From Bacteroidales bacterium (GTDB taxonomy: Bacteria > Bacteroidota > Bacteroidia > Bacteroidales > UBA12077), in the NCBI GenBank assembly GCA_046545795.1, contig JBKGZD010000001.1:1-57320 (forward strand): a stretch of 57,320 nt of DNA, read 5' to 3'. The position numbers were made by a program, and so were the translations under genes. This document shows, piece after piece, positions 21,756 to 33,137 of the stretch (position 1 is its first letter; every line of letters begins with the position of its first letter). The notes under the pieces are model-generated. The model ran no database searches. It was given only the letters and a program-made list of their open reading frames with translations, and was not told where the DNA came from.

Positions 21756-22084
21756 TATTTTATCTCCTCCCCTGATTTTTTTGAATAACGCACTAGTTTT
21801 CCATTTGAATCTTTCTTTCTACCAATTCTGGTTGGTTCACCTGATTCAGGATCAACAACCATTAGGTTAGAGATATGTACAGGTGACTCCTTTTTTATAA
21901 TCCCACCTTTAGGATTTTCAGAATTAGGTTTCGTATGCTTTGATACGATGTTTACACCTTCTACAAGAGCTTTTTCTGCTGCAGGGAATACTTCCAGCAC
22001 TCTTCCCTGTTGCCCTTTATATTCGCCGGTATTGACGTATACCGTATCTCCTTTTTTTATATGTAATTTTTTCTGTTTTCGCAT
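21755..22084 (-). CDS. rplX: 50S ribosomal protein L24
   Basis: 109-aa ORF with the KOW motif ([21 protein letters not shown]). Confidence 0.95.
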   Translation of the reverse strand: MRKQKKLHIKKGDTVYVNTGEYKGQQGRVLEVFPAAEKALVEGVNIVSKHTKPNSENPKGGIIKKESPVHISNLMVVDPESGEPTRIGRKKDSNGKLVRYSKKSGEEIK

Positions 22085-22096
22085 CTATCCAAATTT

Positions 22097-22462
22097 TTAT
22101 AATACTTCTGGTGCTAATGAGATTATTTTCATATAACTATCTCTCAACTCCCGGGGTATTGGTCCAAAAATACGCGTTCCCCGGATTTCTCCAACATTAT
22201 TAATTAATACACAAGCATTGTTATCAAATCTGATATAAGAGCCATCAGATCTTCTTACCTCTTTTCTTGTTCTCACAATAATTGCTTTGCTAACGGTACC
22301 TTTCTTAACTTCAGAAGAGGGTAACGCGTTGCGAACGCTAACAACAACTTTATCGCCTATAGAGGCATATCTTCTACCACTACCTCCTAACACCCTTATC
22401 ACTTTCACAATCTTAGCGCCGCTATTATCAGCTACATTTAGTTTACTTTCTTGTTGTATCAT
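22097..22462 (-). CDS. rplN: 50S ribosomal protein L14
   Basis: 121-aa ORF starting [16 protein letters not shown]; canonical L14. Confidence 0.97.
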   Translation of the reverse strand: MIQQESKLNVADNSGAKIVKVIRVLGGSGRRYASIGDKVVVSVRNALPSSEVKKGTVSKAIIVRTRKEVRRSDGSYIRFDNNACVLINNVGEIRGTRIFGPIPRELRDSYMKIISLAPEVL

Positions 22463-22470
22463 GGGTTTGT

Positions 22471-22728
22471 TTATTTAGCTCTTTCTAAAATTTCAACTAA
22501 TCTCCAACGTTTTCTTTTGCTTAACGGGCGCGTTTCCATAATTTTTACGGTATCGCCTTCATTGCATTCGTTTTTATCGTCATGAGCAACAAATTTAGAT
22601 CGTCTGCTTAAAAATTTACCATATTTGGGGTGCCGAACTCTTCTCTGCACCTCAATGGTGATAGATTTATCCATTTTATTGCTGGTAACGACCCCTATTT
22701 TCTCTTTCCTAAGACTACGTTTTTCCAT
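22471..22728 (-). CDS. rpsQ: 30S ribosomal protein S17
   Basis: 85-aa ORF with canonical S17 sequence. Confidence 0.95.
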   Translation of the reverse strand: MEKRSLRKEKIGVVTSNKMDKSITIEVQRRVRHPKYGKFLSRRSKFVAHDDKNECNEGDTVKIMETRPLSKRKRWRLVEILERAK

Positions 22729-22744
22729 TTTGTTTTATGGTTTC

Positions 22745-22963
22745 TTATTTATTATCAGTTTCTTTCAATTCGCCTTTTAAGCGTCTCATGGTCAGTTCCG
22801 TTTTCATCCTGGCTATATTTTTCTTAGCCTCGGGAATCTTATTAGGATTATCCAGCGGTGAAACAGCATGACTAATCTTCAGCTGAGTCAGATGGTGCTG
22901 TTCACTATCTAATCTTTCTTCCAGCTCTTTTGTTGTAAATTCTCTAATTTCCGAAGGTTTCAT
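22745..22963 (-). CDS. rpmC: 50S ribosomal protein L29
   Basis: 72-aa ORF with L29-like sequence, positioned between rplP and rpsQ. Confidence 0.92.
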   Translation of the reverse strand: MKPSEIREFTTKELEERLDSEQHHLTQLKISHAVSPLDNPNKIPEAKKNIARMKTELTMRRLKGELKETDNK

Positions 22964-22977
22964 TTTAACAATATTGT

Positions 22978-23397
22978 TTATTCAACATAATCTCTTCTTA
23001 CGACAAATTTGGTTTTTATAGGTAGTTTTTGAGCTGCTAACCTTAAAGCTTCCTGAGCAACATTTTTAGGAATACCTTCAGCTTCAATCATTATTCTTCC
23101 GGGCTTAACAGGAGCTACAAAACCTTCAGGGTCTCCTTTTCCTTTTCCCATTCGAACTTCAGCAGGTTTACTTGTAACTGGTTTATCTGGGAAAATACGT
23201 ATCCATATCTGACCTTCCCTTTTCATATATCTTGTCATAGCCTGCCGAGCAGCTTCAATCTGCTTCTGAGTAATCCAGGTAGCTTCCATAGCTTTTAGTC
23301 CGAATGATCCAAAAGCAAGTTGACTGCCTCTAACAGAAACCCCTTTCATTCTTCCCTTTTGGGACTTCCTGAATTTTGTTTTTTTTGGTTGTAACAT
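22978..23397 (-). CDS. rplP: 50S ribosomal protein L16
   Basis: 139-aa ORF starting [11 protein letters not shown]; canonical L16. Confidence 0.97.
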   Translation of the reverse strand: MLQPKKTKFRKSQKGRMKGVSVRGSQLAFGSFGLKAMEATWITQKQIEAARQAMTRYMKREGQIWIRIFPDKPVTSKPAEVRMGKGKGDPEGFVAPVKPGRIMIEAEGIPKNVAQEALRLAAQKLPIKTKFVVRRDYVE

Positions 23398-23414
23398 TAG
23401 TCCTAAATTTTTAT

Positions 23415-24116
23415 CTATTTCCTTTTTCTTCTATTGCCTTTTGATTTAGATCCCTTTCCAGGTGCTGCAGTGGTAGGAGTTAAATCAACCTTACCAAAAA
23501 TCTCTCCTTTAAAAATCCATACCTTAATACCAATAAGACCAACTTTAGTTAGCGCTTCATCAAGAGCATAATCTATGTCAGCTCTTAGAGTGTGCAATGG
23601 AGTACGACCTTCTTTATAAACTTCTGTTCTGGCCATTTCAGCTCCACCAAGTCTACCTGAAATTTGAACTTTAATACCTTCTGCTCCTAAGCGCATTGTA
23701 GAAGCAATTGCCATTTTAATAGCCCGACGAAATGATATCATCCCTTCGATTTGGCGGGAAATTCCATTCGCAACAAGGGTTGCATCTAATTCTGGTCGTT
23801 TAACTTCAAAAATATTAATTTGGACTTCTTTCTTGGTTAATTTTTTCAACTCCTCTTTCAGTTTATCGACTTCTTTCCCACCTTTACCAATAATAATACC
23901 CGGTCTGGCTGTGTGAACAGTTATAGTTACCAGCTTCAGGGTACGTTCAATAATTATTTTTGAAATACTTGCCTTTGATAACCTAGCATGCAAGTATTTA
24001 CGAATTTTATTGTCTTCGATTAGCTTATCAGTATAGTTTTTACCACCATACCAATTTGATTCCCAGCCTTTAATAATGCCTAACCTGTTGCTTATTGGAT
24101 TAACTTTTTGTCCCAT
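23415..24116 (-). CDS. rpsC: 30S ribosomal protein S3
   Basis: 233-aa ORF starting MGQKVNP, with a KH domain; canonical S3. Confidence 0.97.
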   Translation of the reverse strand: MGQKVNPISNRLGIIKGWESNWYGGKNYTDKLIEDNKIRKYLHARLSKASISKIIIERTLKLVTITVHTARPGIIIGKGGKEVDKLKEELKKLTKKEVQINIFEVKRPELDATLVANGISRQIEGMISFRRAIKMAIASTMRLGAEGIKVQISGRLGGAEMARTEVYKEGRTPLHTLRADIDYALDEALTKVGLIGIKVWIFKGEIFGKVDLTPTTAAPGKGSKSKGNRRKRK

Positions 24117-24608
24117 CTATTGTTGATTTGTTTTAGAATCATTTTTATTTTGTTCCTCTGTTACTTCTGCTTTATCTTTTGCTTTTGTTTCAGTTTTATT
24201 TAATTCTTTTGCCTGATTAAGATCCTCCAGATAAACAGTGACATGATTGGATCTTTTCCTTATAAGATGTGCTCTACCCATTGCTTCGGGTCGTATTCTC
24301 TTTAGGGTTCTTGCTTTATCAACATTTACTGAACTAATTACAAGGTGACTATCCTCGATCCTAACGCCTTCATTTTTGTTTTGCCAGTTAGAGATCGCAG
24401 ACAATACAAGTTTCTCCATGTGATTGGATGCAGCTTTGGGGCTATATCTTAGCATATCCAGAGCTTGATTAACTTCTTTACCTTTTATCATATCAGCCAC
24501 CAATCTCATTTTTCGGGGAGAAACGGGACAACCCCGCAAAACTGCGAAATATTGATTTTTCTTTTCTTCTTTAATTTTTTCCGCTCTTAAACGTTTTCGT
24601 GCACCCAT
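24117..24608 (-). CDS. rplV: 50S ribosomal protein L22 (with N- and C-terminal charged extensions)
   Basis: 163-aa ORF. An L22 core is flanked by MGARKRLRAEKIKEEKK... and by ...KTETKAKDKAEVTEEQNKNDSKTNQQ. Confidence 0.94.
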   Translation of the reverse strand: MGARKRLRAEKIKEEKKNQYFAVLRGCPVSPRKMRLVADMIKGKEVNQALDMLRYSPKAASNHMEKLVLSAISNWQNKNEGVRIEDSHLVISSVNVDKARTLKRIRPEAMGRAHLIRKRSNHVTVYLEDLNQAKELNKTETKAKDKAEVTEEQNKNDSKTNQQ

Positions 24609-24632
24609 TATTCAAAATTTTTCTGATTAATT

Positions 24633-24902
24633 TTATTTACCTTTTTTAGTTGGATGACCTTTAAATTGTCTGGATGGTGCAAATTCACCTAATTTATGTC
24701 CAACCATATTTTCTGTAATGTATACCGGGATAAATTTATTCCCATTATGAACAGCAATAGTATGCCCTACAAAATCAGGAGTAATCATGGATCTTCTTGA
24801 CCAGGTTTTAAGAACTTTCTTCTTACCTGATTCATTCATCTCCAGAATTCTTTTCTCCAATTTAAACTCTATAAAAGGTCCTTTTTTTAATGAACGACTC
24901 AT
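24633..24902 (-). CDS. rpsS: 30S ribosomal protein S19
   Basis: 89-aa ORF starting [10 protein letters not shown]; canonical S19. Confidence 0.97.
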   Translation of the reverse strand: MSRSLKKGPFIEFKLEKRILEMNESGKKKVLKTWSRRSMITPDFVGHTIAVHNGNKFIPVYITENMVGHKLGEFAPSRQFKGHPTKKGK

Positions 24903-24923
24903 AAGTATTATTAGTTAGATCGT

Positions 24924-25757
24924 TTATTTTTTACGTTTTTTTCTTCTCTCAACAATATATTTACTGGAAGCCTTTTTCAGCTTTCGGGTTTTATATCCTT
25001 TAGCAGGCTTTCCATTTCTTGAACGTGGAATACCACCAGAAGCTCGACCTTCTCCTCCTCCCATTGGGTGATCTACAGGGTTCATAGCTACACCTCTGAC
25101 GCGGGGTCTTCTCCCGAGCCATCGGGAACGTCCTGCTTTCCCTGAGGAAAGAATTATATGATCTGAATTGGATGTAGCTCCAATAGTTGCCTTACAGGTT
25201 GTAAGAATCATTCTTATTTCCCCTGACGGTAGCTTAACATTTGCATATTTTCCTTCACGGGATGTTAATTGAGCATATGTTCCTGCACTTCGAGCCAATA
25301 CAGCTCCCCGTCCAGGTCTCAATTCTATGTTATGTATAATAGTACCCAATGGAATATCAGCAAGATATAGACAGTTGCCTATTTCAGGGGTAGCTTCTTT
25401 TCCTGAAAGGATAGTTTGTCCTACCTTTAGTCCATTAGGCGCTATGATATAACGTTTTTCACCATCTTCATAAACAACAAGTGCTATACGTGCAGAACGA
25501 TTGGGGTCATATTCAATTGATTTAACTTTTGCTTTCATCCCCTCTTTATCTCTCTTAAAATCAATAATACGGTATCGCTGTTTGTGTCCACCACCACGAT
25601 ATCGTATAGTCATTCTCCCTGCGTTATTTCTGCCTCCGCTTTTTTTCTTAGTCTCTAACAAAGATTTCTCTGGCTCCGATTTTGTAATTGTGTCGAAAGC
25701 ACTAATAAGTTTATGTCTTTGTCCTGGTGTAGCTGGTTTAAATTTTCTTACTGCCAT
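24924..25757 (-). CDS. rplB: 50S ribosomal protein L2
   Basis: 277-aa ORF with canonical L2 sequence ([13 protein letters not shown]). Confidence 0.97.
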   Translation of the reverse strand: MAVRKFKPATPGQRHKLISAFDTITKSEPEKSLLETKKKSGGRNNAGRMTIRYRGGGHKQRYRIIDFKRDKEGMKAKVKSIEYDPNRSARIALVVYEDGEKRYIIAPNGLKVGQTILSGKEATPEIGNCLYLADIPLGTIIHNIELRPGRGAVLARSAGTYAQLTSREGKYANVKLPSGEIRMILTTCKATIGATSNSDHIILSSGKAGRSRWLGRRPRVRGVAMNPVDHPMGGGEGRASGGIPRSRNGKPAKGYKTRKLKKASSKYIVERRKKRKK

Positions 25758-25770
25758 AACTTAAATTTTC

Positions 25771-26073
25771 CTATATATTACTGTAAAAGTCAATGGTGTC
25801 TCCTTCAACTAGAGTGACTATAGCTTTCTTAAAATCTTGTTCTTTTCCACGGATAATTCCGGCTTTAGTATATCTCATACGTTGTTTACCACTGTATTTC
25901 ATGGTATTAACAGATTCAACCGTTACATTATACATTTCTTCAATAGCTGAACGAATTTGTATTTTATTCGCTCTTTTATCAACTATAAAGCCGTATTTAT
26001 TGAGGGATTCTCCCTGTTCGGTTAATTTCTCTGTAATTATCGGCTTTTTTAAAATATCCTTTATTGCAGCCAT
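25771..26073 (-). CDS. rplW: 50S ribosomal protein L23
   Basis: 100-aa ORF with canonical L23 sequence and position. Confidence 0.94.
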   Translation of the reverse strand: MAAIKDILKKPIITEKLTEQGESLNKYGFIVDKRANKIQIRSAIEEMYNVTVESVNTMKYSGKQRMRYTKAGIIRGKEQDFKKAIVTLVEGDTIDFYSNI

Positions 26074-26076
26074 AAC

Positions 26077-26706
26077 TTATGCACTTAAATTTTTTTCTAA
26101 TTTTTCTATCGAACCCTCAAAGAAAATGATCGTGTGAGCGTTCATAATATCGTAGGTATTAATTTCATCTACGGGTAATACCTTAAAATCCGGTATATTC
26201 CGCGAGGATAAATAGATATTCTTGTCAGGTTTATCGATCACCAATAACATTTTCCTATCAGCCCCATTAATTTTTGACTGAAATTCAGCTATAGTTTTAG
26301 TCTTCGGTTGCTCCAGATTAAAATTTTCAACAATTTTCATTGCATTATCTTTAACCTTATATGCAAGAGCAGATCTTCGAGCTAACTTTTTCACCTTACG
26401 ATTCAATTTAAAACCATAATCCCTTGGCCTTGGACCAAAAGCCCGGCCTCCTCCTCTGAAAATAGGTGATTTAATATCTCCTGCACGAGCTGTTCCCGTA
26501 CCTTTTTGTCTCTTTATCTTTTTTCTGCTACCGGTAATTTCGTTTCTCTCTTTACTCTTATGAGTTCCTTGTCGTCTGTTTGCCATAATCTGTTTAACAT
26601 CCAGATATATAGCGTGATCGTTCGGCTCTATAGCAAAAATATTTTCACTAAGCTGAGCCTTTTTTCCGGTATCTTCTCCTGATTTATTTAAAACTGGTAA
26701 CTCCAT
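26077..26706 (-). CDS. rplD: 50S ribosomal protein L4
   Basis: 209-aa ORF with canonical L4 sequence (KGTGTARAGDIKSPIFRGGG). Confidence 0.96.
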   Translation of the reverse strand: MELPVLNKSGEDTGKKAQLSENIFAIEPNDHAIYLDVKQIMANRRQGTHKSKERNEITGSRKKIKRQKGTGTARAGDIKSPIFRGGGRAFGPRPRDYGFKLNRKVKKLARRSALAYKVKDNAMKIVENFNLEQPKTKTIAEFQSKINGADRKMLLVIDKPDKNIYLSSRNIPDFKVLPVDEINTYDIMNAHTIIFFEGSIEKLEKNLSA

Positions 26707-27323
26707 TAGTTTTCTATAATTAAATATGATCCATTATAACCTGGTACTGAACCTTTAACCAATAATAAATTCTTATCTGGTATAATTTTTATTATCCTGA
26801 GGTCAATAATTTTAACTCTATTTCCTCCGGCACGTCCTGCCATTCTCATTCCTTTAAAAACTCTTGAAGGATCTGATGAGGCACCAACAGAACCGGGCGC
26901 TCTTTCCTGATCAGCCTGGCCGTGTGTTTGTCCGCCAACACCGTGAAAACCATGGCGCTTTACAACTCCCTGAAAACCTTTTCCTTTAGTTATCCCTGCA
27001 ACATCAATCCAGGTATCATCCTTTAACAGGTCAACGGTTACAGTATCTCCTAATTTGTATTCTCCATTAAAACTATCAAATTCAGCAATGATATGTTTTG
27101 GAGCAGATTTGGCTTTTTTAAAATGACCAAATAAAGGTTTAGAAGTATTTTTTTCCTTTTTGTCATCAAAAGCAAGTTGCAATGCAGTATACCCGTCCTT
27201 CTCCTCAGTTTTGACCTGAGTGACAACACATGGTCCTGCCTCAATAACGGTGCATGGTATATTTTTCCCATCGGCACCAAAGACTGAAGTCATTCCAATT
27301 TTCTTTCCAATTAGTCCGGCCAT
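26706..27323 (-). CDS. rplC: 50S ribosomal protein L3
   Basis: 205-aa ORF starting [13 protein letters not shown]; canonical L3. Its stop overlaps the rplD start by 1 nt. Confidence 0.96.
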   Translation of the reverse strand: MAGLIGKKIGMTSVFGADGKNIPCTVIEAGPCVVTQVKTEEKDGYTALQLAFDDKKEKNTSKPLFGHFKKAKSAPKHIIAEFDSFNGEYKLGDTVTVDLLKDDTWIDVAGITKGKGFQGVVKRHGFHGVGGQTHGQADQERAPGSVGASSDPSRVFKGMRMAGRAGGNRVKIIDLRIIKIIPDKNLLLVKGSVPGYNGSYLIIEN

Positions 27324-27341
27324 TTTTTACGACTTTAGTTA

Positions 27342-27647
27342 TTAAACTTTAATTTCTACCTCAACGCCACTTGGCAATTCCAACTTCATTAATGAGTCGA
27401 TGGTTTTAGGCGTTGTGCTATAAATATCCATCAACCTTTTAAATGAGCTAAGCTGGAATTGTTCCCTGGCTTTTTTGTTCACAAAAGGGGACCTATTAAC
27501 CGTAAATATACGCTTTTTAGTTGGCAGAGGTATTGGGCCACTTACCACAGCGCCTGTTGACTTCACGGTCTTAACAATTTTTTCAGCGCTTTTATCCACC
27601 AAATTGTGATCGTAAGACTTTAATTTTATTCTTATTTTCTGACTCAT
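27342..27647 (-). CDS. rpsJ: 30S ribosomal protein S10
   Basis: 101-aa ORF with canonical S10 sequence. Confidence 0.96.
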   Translation of the reverse strand: MSQKIRIKLKSYDHNLVDKSAEKIVKTVKSTGAVVSGPIPLPTKKRIFTVNRSPFVNKKAREQFQLSSFKRLMDIYSTTPKTIDSLMKLELPSGVEVEIKV

Positions 27648-27660
27648 TATTAAATATTGT

Positions 27661-29769
27661 TTATACTAACTCAATTTTACCCTTTGCTTTTTCTATAATA
27701 TCTTTTGCGATTTCTTTAGGTACTTCCGCATAATGTGAAAATTCCATAGATGATGTTGCTCTTCCGGAGGTAATGGTTCTCAGTACCGTTACATAACCAA
27801 ACTTTTCAGCCAGAGGCACTTTTGCTCTAATCACTTTAGCGCTACCTCTGTTTTCCATACCTTCAACATTTCCACGGCGTTTGTTAAAGTCAGCTATAAC
27901 ATCTCCCATATATTCTTCAGGAGTTACAACTTCTGCTGACATAATAGGTTCAAGCAACACTGGTTTTGCCTTAACTCCTGCATTTCTGAATCCAATTTTT
28001 GCAACAGTCTCAAAAGATAACTGATCTGAGTCCACATCATGATAAGAGCCATCATACAGTACTACCTTCATGTTATCCATCTGATAATTAGCCAGTACTC
28101 CATTAAACATTGCGTTTTTGAATCCTTTCTCAACCGAAGGAATGTACTCCTTTGGTATATTGCCACCTTTCACCTTATTAATAAATTGCAAGCCTTTTAT
28201 TTCATCATCAGCAGGGCCAATAGTGAAATGGATTTCAGCAAATTTACCACGGCCACCAGTTTGTTTTTTGAACACTTCGTGGTGATCAACTTCTGTTGTA
28301 AATGCTTCTTTATAGTTAACCTGTGGAGCTCCTTGATTAGCATCAACCTTAAATTCCCGTTTTAATCTGTCAAGAATTACTTCAAGATGCAGTTCTCCCA
28401 TCCCATTGATCACTGTTTGTCCTGATTCATCATCGCTTTTGACAGTGAAAGTGGGATCTTCTTCGGCTAATTTACCGAGAGCTAGATTTAATCTATCGTA
28501 ATCTTTTTGTGTTTTAGGCTCAATTGCCACACCAATGACAGGTTCTGGAAACTCTATAGATTCAAGTAATACTGGATTAGTAGAATCACATAATGTATCT
28601 CCTGTTCGTAAATCCTTAAATCCAACTGCAGCACAGATATCGCCAGCACCAATTTCTTCTTTCGGATTTTGTTTATTTGCGTGCATCTGATAGAGGCGAT
28701 TCACGCGTTCCTTTTTATTTGTTCTGGGGTTATATAGTGTTGATTTTGCGGTAACCTTCCCTGAGTAAACTCTCATAAATGCCAGTCGGCCAACAAAAGG
28801 ATCGGTCGCAATTTTAAATACCAGGGCAGATGTAGGTTCGCTAATATCCGGTTTTCTTGTTATCTTTTCTTCTGTTTTTGGGTGTATCCCTTCAATAGCA
28901 CTAATGTCAATGGGGCTTGGTAAAAATGATATAATAGAATCTAATAATTTTTGAACCCCTTTATTTTTAAAAGCCGAACCACATAAGACAGGGACAATAG
29001 TCATATCAATAGTTGCCTTACGGATTGCTTCAATAATATTCTCTTTTGTAATTGTATCAGGATCTTCGAAATACTTTTCAAGTAAAGTATCATCGTATTC
29101 TGCAATAGCTTCGATTAATTCGCTTCTGTATTTCTCAGCTTCTTCAATTAATTCCTCGGGAATATCCTTATATTCATAATTTGTTCCGAGTGTTTCATCG
29201 TCATACCAAACAACAGCCTTATTTTCAATCAAATCAATCACCCCGGAAAAATCCTCAGCATTACCTATTGGTATCTGAATTGGTATTGGATTTGCTTTTA
29301 ATTTATCTTTAATTTGCTTTACCACTGAGTAGAAATCTGCACCAGCTCTATCCATTTTATTAACAAAAGCCATTTTTGGAACTCCATACTTATCAGCTTG
29401 GTGCCAAACAGTTTCCGACTGTGGTTCAACTCCACCCACTGCACAAAATACAGCAATGGCTCCATCAAGCACACGTAAGGATCTTTCTACTTCAACGGTA
29501 AAATCGACGTGACCCGGTGTATCTATAATGTTAATTTTATAATCAGCATCTTTATATTTCCAAAAACATGTTGTTGCAGCTGATGTAATTGTAATTCCTC
29601 TCTCCTGCTCTTGTACCATCCAGTCCATCTGAGCATCACCCTCATGCACTTCACCAATTTTATGGGTCATACCGGTATAATAGAGAATTCTCTCTGTTGT
29701 AGTGGTTTTACCGGCATCAATATGCGCCATAATTCCAATGTTCCTCGTATATCTCAAATCCGTAGTCAT
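27661..29769 (-). CDS. fusA: Elongation factor G
   Basis: 702-aa ORF with [22 protein letters not shown] and NKMD GTPase motifs. It lies between rpsG and rpsJ, with no tuf between them. Confidence 0.97.
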   Translation of the reverse strand: MTTDLRYTRNIGIMAHIDAGKTTTTERILYYTGMTHKIGEVHEGDAQMDWMVQEQERGITITSAATTCFWKYKDADYKINIIDTPGHVDFTVEVERSLRVLDGAIAVFCAVGGVEPQSETVWHQADKYGVPKMAFVNKMDRAGADFYSVVKQIKDKLKANPIPIQIPIGNAEDFSGVIDLIENKAVVWYDDETLGTNYEYKDIPEELIEEAEKYRSELIEAIAEYDDTLLEKYFEDPDTITKENIIEAIRKATIDMTIVPVLCGSAFKNKGVQKLLDSIISFLPSPIDISAIEGIHPKTEEKITRKPDISEPTSALVFKIATDPFVGRLAFMRVYSGKVTAKSTLYNPRTNKKERVNRLYQMHANKQNPKEEIGAGDICAAVGFKDLRTGDTLCDSTNPVLLESIEFPEPVIGVAIEPKTQKDYDRLNLALGKLAEEDPTFTVKSDDESGQTVINGMGELHLEVILDRLKREFKVDANQGAPQVNYKEAFTTEVDHHEVFKKQTGGRGKFAEIHFTIGPADDEIKGLQFINKVKGGNIPKEYIPSVEKGFKNAMFNGVLANYQMDNMKVVLYDGSYHDVDSDQLSFETVAKIGFRNAGVKAKPVLLEPIMSAEVVTPEEYMGDVIADFNKRRGNVEGMENRGSAKVIRAKVPLAEKFGYVTVLRTITSGRATSSMEFSHYAEVPKEIAKDIIEKAKGKIELV

Positions 29770-29814
29770 TCCTTAAATATTTCCCCTTTTTCTTTTTTCT
29801 TTCCTTTTTAATAT

Positions 29815-30291
29815 TTAGAATCTAAAATGAGCAAAAGCTTTATTAGCATCAGCCATTCTGTGTATTTCTTCTTTTTTCTTAAATGCTCCACCCTCTTCAT
29901 TATATGCAGCAATAATTTCTGCTGCTAATTTTTCCTGCATTGTTCTTCCACTTCTTTGCCGAGCAAATTTTATAAGATTCTTAATGCTAATTGACGTTTT
30001 CCTGGTTGGATTCACCTCTTGTGGAACCTGGAATGTGGCTCCGCCAATTCTTCTACTTTTCACTTCTACAAGTGGTGCAACATTTTCAAGTGCTTTTTTC
30101 CATATATCAAGTGGGCTATTTTCATCGTTCTTCATTCGTTCGCCAACGATATCAAGCGTTTCATAAAATATTTTAAAAGCAAGAGATTTTTTCCCCTCCA
30201 CCATCAGGTCATTAACGAAACGTGTAACCAAGGTATCGTTATATCGTGGGTCAGGTAGTCGTTTTTGTTTTTGTTCTTTATATTTCCTCAT
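29815..30291 (-). CDS. rpsG: 30S ribosomal protein S7
   Basis: 158-aa ORF with canonical S7 sequence. Confidence 0.96.
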   Translation of the reverse strand: MRKYKEQKQKRLPDPRYNDTLVTRFVNDLMVEGKKSLAFKIFYETLDIVGERMKNDENSPLDIWKKALENVAPLVEVKSRRIGGATFQVPQEVNPTRKTSISIKNLIKFARQRSGRTMQEKLAAEIIAAYNEEGGAFKKKEEIHRMADANKAFAHFRF

Positions 30292-30298
30292 TTTTCAA

Positions 30299-30673
30299 TT
30301 ACTTTTTAGGTTTTTTAGTCCCGTATTTTGATCGACCTTGTAGCCGGCCTTCAACACCAGCGGTATCCAAAGTACCTCTTACCAGGTGATATCTTACACC
30401 AGGAAGGTCTTTAACCCTTCCTCCACGTATCAACACAACAGAGTGCTCCTGAAGGTTGTGACCTTCACCGGGAATATAAGCATTAACCTCTTTACCATTC
30501 GTTAAACGAACTCTGGCAATCTTTCTCATTGCGGAATTAGGCTTCTTTGGAGTGGTTGTATAAACACGTGTACAAACCCCTCTCTTTTGAGGACAAGAAT
30601 CTAAAGCTGGTGCTTTCTTCTTTTTTTCAACTTCTTTTCGTCCTTTTCTAATTAATTGCTGTATTGTTGGCAT
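30299..30673 (-). CDS. rpsL: 30S ribosomal protein S12
   Basis: 124-aa ORF starting [12 protein letters not shown], with PKKPNSA; canonical S12. Confidence 0.97.
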   Translation of the reverse strand: MPTIQQLIRKGRKEVEKKKKAPALDSCPQKRGVCTRVYTTTPKKPNSAMRKIARVRLTNGKEVNAYIPGEGHNLQEHSVVLIRGGRVKDLPGVRYHLVRGTLDTAGVEGRLQGRSKYGTKKPKK

Positions 30674-30716
30674 ATAATCAGTTTAATTAATATACTTGGT
30701 TTCCAAAATCGGTTCG

Positions 30717-30747
30717 CAAAGGTATTTTTTTTTTATAAAATACCCAA
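30717..30747 (-). promoter_or_regulatory. Candidate Bacteroidota sigma-A promoter for the rpsL-led ribosomal super-operon (TTG-N20-TACCTTTG)
   Basis: On the minus strand, TTG, a 20-nt spacer, then TACCTTTG, which matches TAnnTTTG. It sits about 44 nt upstream of the rpsL ATG. This is a motif match only. Confidence 0.35.
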
Positions 30748-31015
30748 TTATTTTTCAATTAATTTCAAATTATTTTGAGCTCTAAGATCTTTCCACAAAA
30801 AGTTTCCCCTCTTCCATTTCCACACGAAGGCGCAAAATTAAAATGTTTTTATTTAAATTCATAATTTTTAACATTTTAATTTCATCTATAAGAGCCTAAT
30901 TTTGAAATGATTTTACTCAACAAATCTGTTTGTAAACCCTACTCTGTTAAGAAAGCAGAAGTTATGAAAAATATCAGAAAAATATCTTTACTTTTGTTTT
31001 TTGAAGAAATAAGCT

Positions 31016-32134
31016 ATGAATAATTTAGCAAATCTCATCCCGACAGATAAATGGTTAAGCAATTCAACAGACCGGCAATTAATTATAAGCGGCCCGTGTT
31101 CTGCTGAATCGAAAGAACAGATAATTCGCACAGCCAAGGCTTTGTCACGGATAAATATGGTAAAGGTTTTTCGTGCAGGAGTTTGGAAGCCCAGAACCAG
31201 ACCGGGAAGCTTCGAAGGAGCAGGTACTAAAGGGTTGGAATGGCTAGCTGCTGCACGTGGGATTACAGGATTACCTGTTGCTGTGGAAGTTGCTACTACA
31301 GAACATATAGAATCCGTTCTAAAGTACAATATTAACATGATTTGGATTGGAGCAAGAACCACTTCCAATCCATTTGCTGTACAAGCGATAGCTGATGCTT
31401 TAAAAGGTGTGGACATACCAGTTTTAGTTAAAAACCCTGTCAACCCTGACCTTGATTTATGGATTGGAGCTATTGAACGAATATATAACGCGGGAATTAG
31501 GAAACTGGCAGCAGTACACAGGGGCTTTTATCCTTTTGAAAAGACCAACCTGAGAAATTTACCACAATGGGAAATTCCTATAGAAATGAAAACCAGGTTT
31601 AATAATCTCCCCATTATAAACGATCCAAGTCATATTGCAGGTAATAAAACTTATATTAAAGATATTGCTCAAAAAGCCCTTGACTTAAACATGGATGGAT
31701 TAATGGTTGAAAGTCATATTGATCCTAAACATGCTTTGAGTGACTCTCAGCAACAGATTGAACCAGGGGAGCTGGAAGAACTTTTAGGTTCGCTTATTTT
31801 CCGATCGCATCAATCGGAAAACTATAGCTTCCAAAATACAATGGAATCATTAAGAGAAAAAATCGACTCGACCGACAGGCAGATAATAGATTTATTAGCT
31901 GAACGGATGAAATTAGTGGAAGAAATTGGAAAATACAAATACAAAAATAAGGTAACTATCTTTCAACTCCGGAGATGGGAGGAGATAATTGCTTCACGCC
32001 TTGAACAGGCCTCGAAGAAAGGACTTTCCGAAAGATTCATTAAAAATCTTTTACAATTAGTACACAAAGAATCTATCAGGAAACAAACAGAAATCATGGA
32101 TAAACGAGACAATCATTCTGATGACAACATTTAA
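31016..32134 (+). CDS. Bifunctional 3-deoxy-7-phosphoheptulonate (DAHP) synthase (type I-beta) / chorismate mutase (AroQ)
   Basis: 372-aa ORF. The N-terminal ~270 aa is KDO8PS-like DAHPS (GPCSAES, FRAGVWKPRTRPGSFEG, DPSH). The C-terminal ~90 aa is AroQ-type CM (LREKIDSTDRQIIDLLAERMKLVEEIGKYK). Confidence 0.88.
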   Translation: MNNLANLIPTDKWLSNSTDRQLIISGPCSAESKEQIIRTAKALSRINMVKVFRAGVWKPRTRPGSFEGAGTKGLEWLAAARGITGLPVAVEVATTEHIESVLKYNINMIWIGARTTSNPFAVQAIADALKGVDIPVLVKNPVNPDLDLWIGAIERIYNAGIRKLAAVHRGFYPFEKTNLRNLPQWEIPIEMKTRFNNLPIINDPSHIAGNKTYIKDIAQKALDLNMDGLMVESHIDPKHALSDSQQQIEPGELEELLGSLIFRSHQSENYSFQNTMESLREKIDSTDRQIIDLLAERMKLVEEIGKYKYKNKVTIFQLRRWEEIIASRLEQASKKGLSERFIKNLLQLVHKESIRKQTEIMDKRDNHSDDNI

Positions 32135-32388
32135 TCATCTGCAGCTTTAACAGAATAATCGTATCCTTCCATAACAGGATTGGCTAAAAGCTTATTACAG
32201 GCTTCATTAACCTGTTCAATTGCTTTTTCTTTGTTATCTGCTTCGATCTCTAAAGTAATATGTTTACCAATTCTTACATTATCAACATTATTAAATCCAA
32301 TTTTTTTCATACTGCTTTGTACAGCTTTCCCTTGAGGATCCAAGAGATTTTTCAGAGGCATTACATTAATTTCTGCAATAAACTTCAT
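32131..32388 (-). CDS. purS: Phosphoribosylformylglycinamidine synthase subunit PurS
   Basis: 85-aa ORF with LKNLLDPQGKAV...VRIGKHITLEIE, typical of PurS. Confidence 0.88.
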   Translation of the reverse strand: MKFIAEINVMPLKNLLDPQGKAVQSSMKKIGFNNVDNVRIGKHITLEIEADNKEKAIEQVNEACNKLLANPVMEGYDYSVKAADD

Positions 32389-32393
32389 TTCAG

Positions 32394-33137
32394 TTATTTG
32401 TTAATTTGTAAAACATTCATTAAACCAGAAAGAAATATATATAATATAACTATTAAACTTATTCCAAGTGTTTGCAATGTTACCAATAAAATGGCAGAAA
32501 TACCAACAAAAATATATGGAATTTCATTACCCCTCCAGCGATAATGCTCAAATTTCAATGAAAACATTGGAAACGGGACAACCATTAGGCTTGAAAAAAG
32601 AATTATTAAAATCACCCAATGTACCTCGTGAATGTAAAAAGCATTTGCTGAAAAATTTTCAAGATTCATCACAGCAAAAACAAAAAACAAAGCTGAGGCA
32701 GGTACAGGTAGGCCATAAAAAACATGATGTTGTGTGGTGCTTATATTAAATTTTGCAAGCCTCAATGAAGCAAACAGGGTGAGCAGAAACGGAGAAAAAA
32801 TTATAAAAAGCTCAGGAATACCTAAGTGCATAAAGTCAGTAGTTAAATATCCACTTCCAGGTAGTATCATCTTTTTAAGGAAAATATGCAATATAAAGGC
32901 AGGTGCGAGACCAAAACTAACAATATCTGCCAGAGAATCAAGCTGTTTTCCTATTGAACTGACAGTACCCAATAATCTTGCTGATAATCCATCGATAAAA
33001 TCAAAAATAGCAGCCACTGCAACAAGGACTCCAGCCAGGTAAAGATTGCCGGTTGCAGCAAAAACTATTGCTACAGAACCTGACAACATATTCAGTATAG
33101 TAAGAAAATTTGGTATATTCTTTATAATTGTCTTCAT
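32394..33137 (-). CDS. pssA: CDP-diacylglycerol--serine O-phosphatidyltransferase
   Basis: 247-aa membrane protein with a perfect CDP-alcohol phosphatidyltransferase motif, DGLSAR-x8-G-x3-D-x3-D (DFIDGLSARLLGTVSSIGKQLDSLADIV). Confidence 0.85.
   Translation of the reverse strand: MKTIIKNIPNFLTILNMLSGSVAIVFAATGNLYLAGVLVAVAAIFDFIDGLSARLLGTVSSIGKQLDSLADIVSFGLAPAFILHIFLKKMILPGSGYLTTDFMHLGIPELFIIFSPFLLTLFASLRLAKFNISTTQHHVFYGLPVPASALFFVFAVMNLENFSANAFYIHEVHWVILIILFSSLMVVPFPMFSLKFEHYRWRGNEIPYIFVGISAILLVTLQTLGISLIVILYIFLSGLMNVLQINK

Noticed and set aside
30964-31023. 19-codon uORF (MKNIRKISLLLFFEEISYE*) whose stop overlaps the ATG of the DAHPS/chorismate mutase gene. It was considered as a possible Phe/Tyr leader peptide.
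   Set aside because: It has only two Phe and one Tyr. There is no terminator or antiterminator structure, because it overlaps the main start. ORFs of this length arise easily by chance in AT-rich spacers. It is worth revisiting only if it is conserved in relatives.
30988-31443. 151-aa minus-strand ORF antisense to the DAHP synthase gene. Similar antisense ORFs occur at 6930-7526, 13357-13776, 25793-26137, 54259-54762 and 42204-42569.
   Set aside because: Each lies wholly inside a confidently identified gene on the other strand. They have odd, low-complexity or Cys/Ser/Phe-rich compositions and match no recognisable family. They are typical shadow ORFs in AT-rich DNA.
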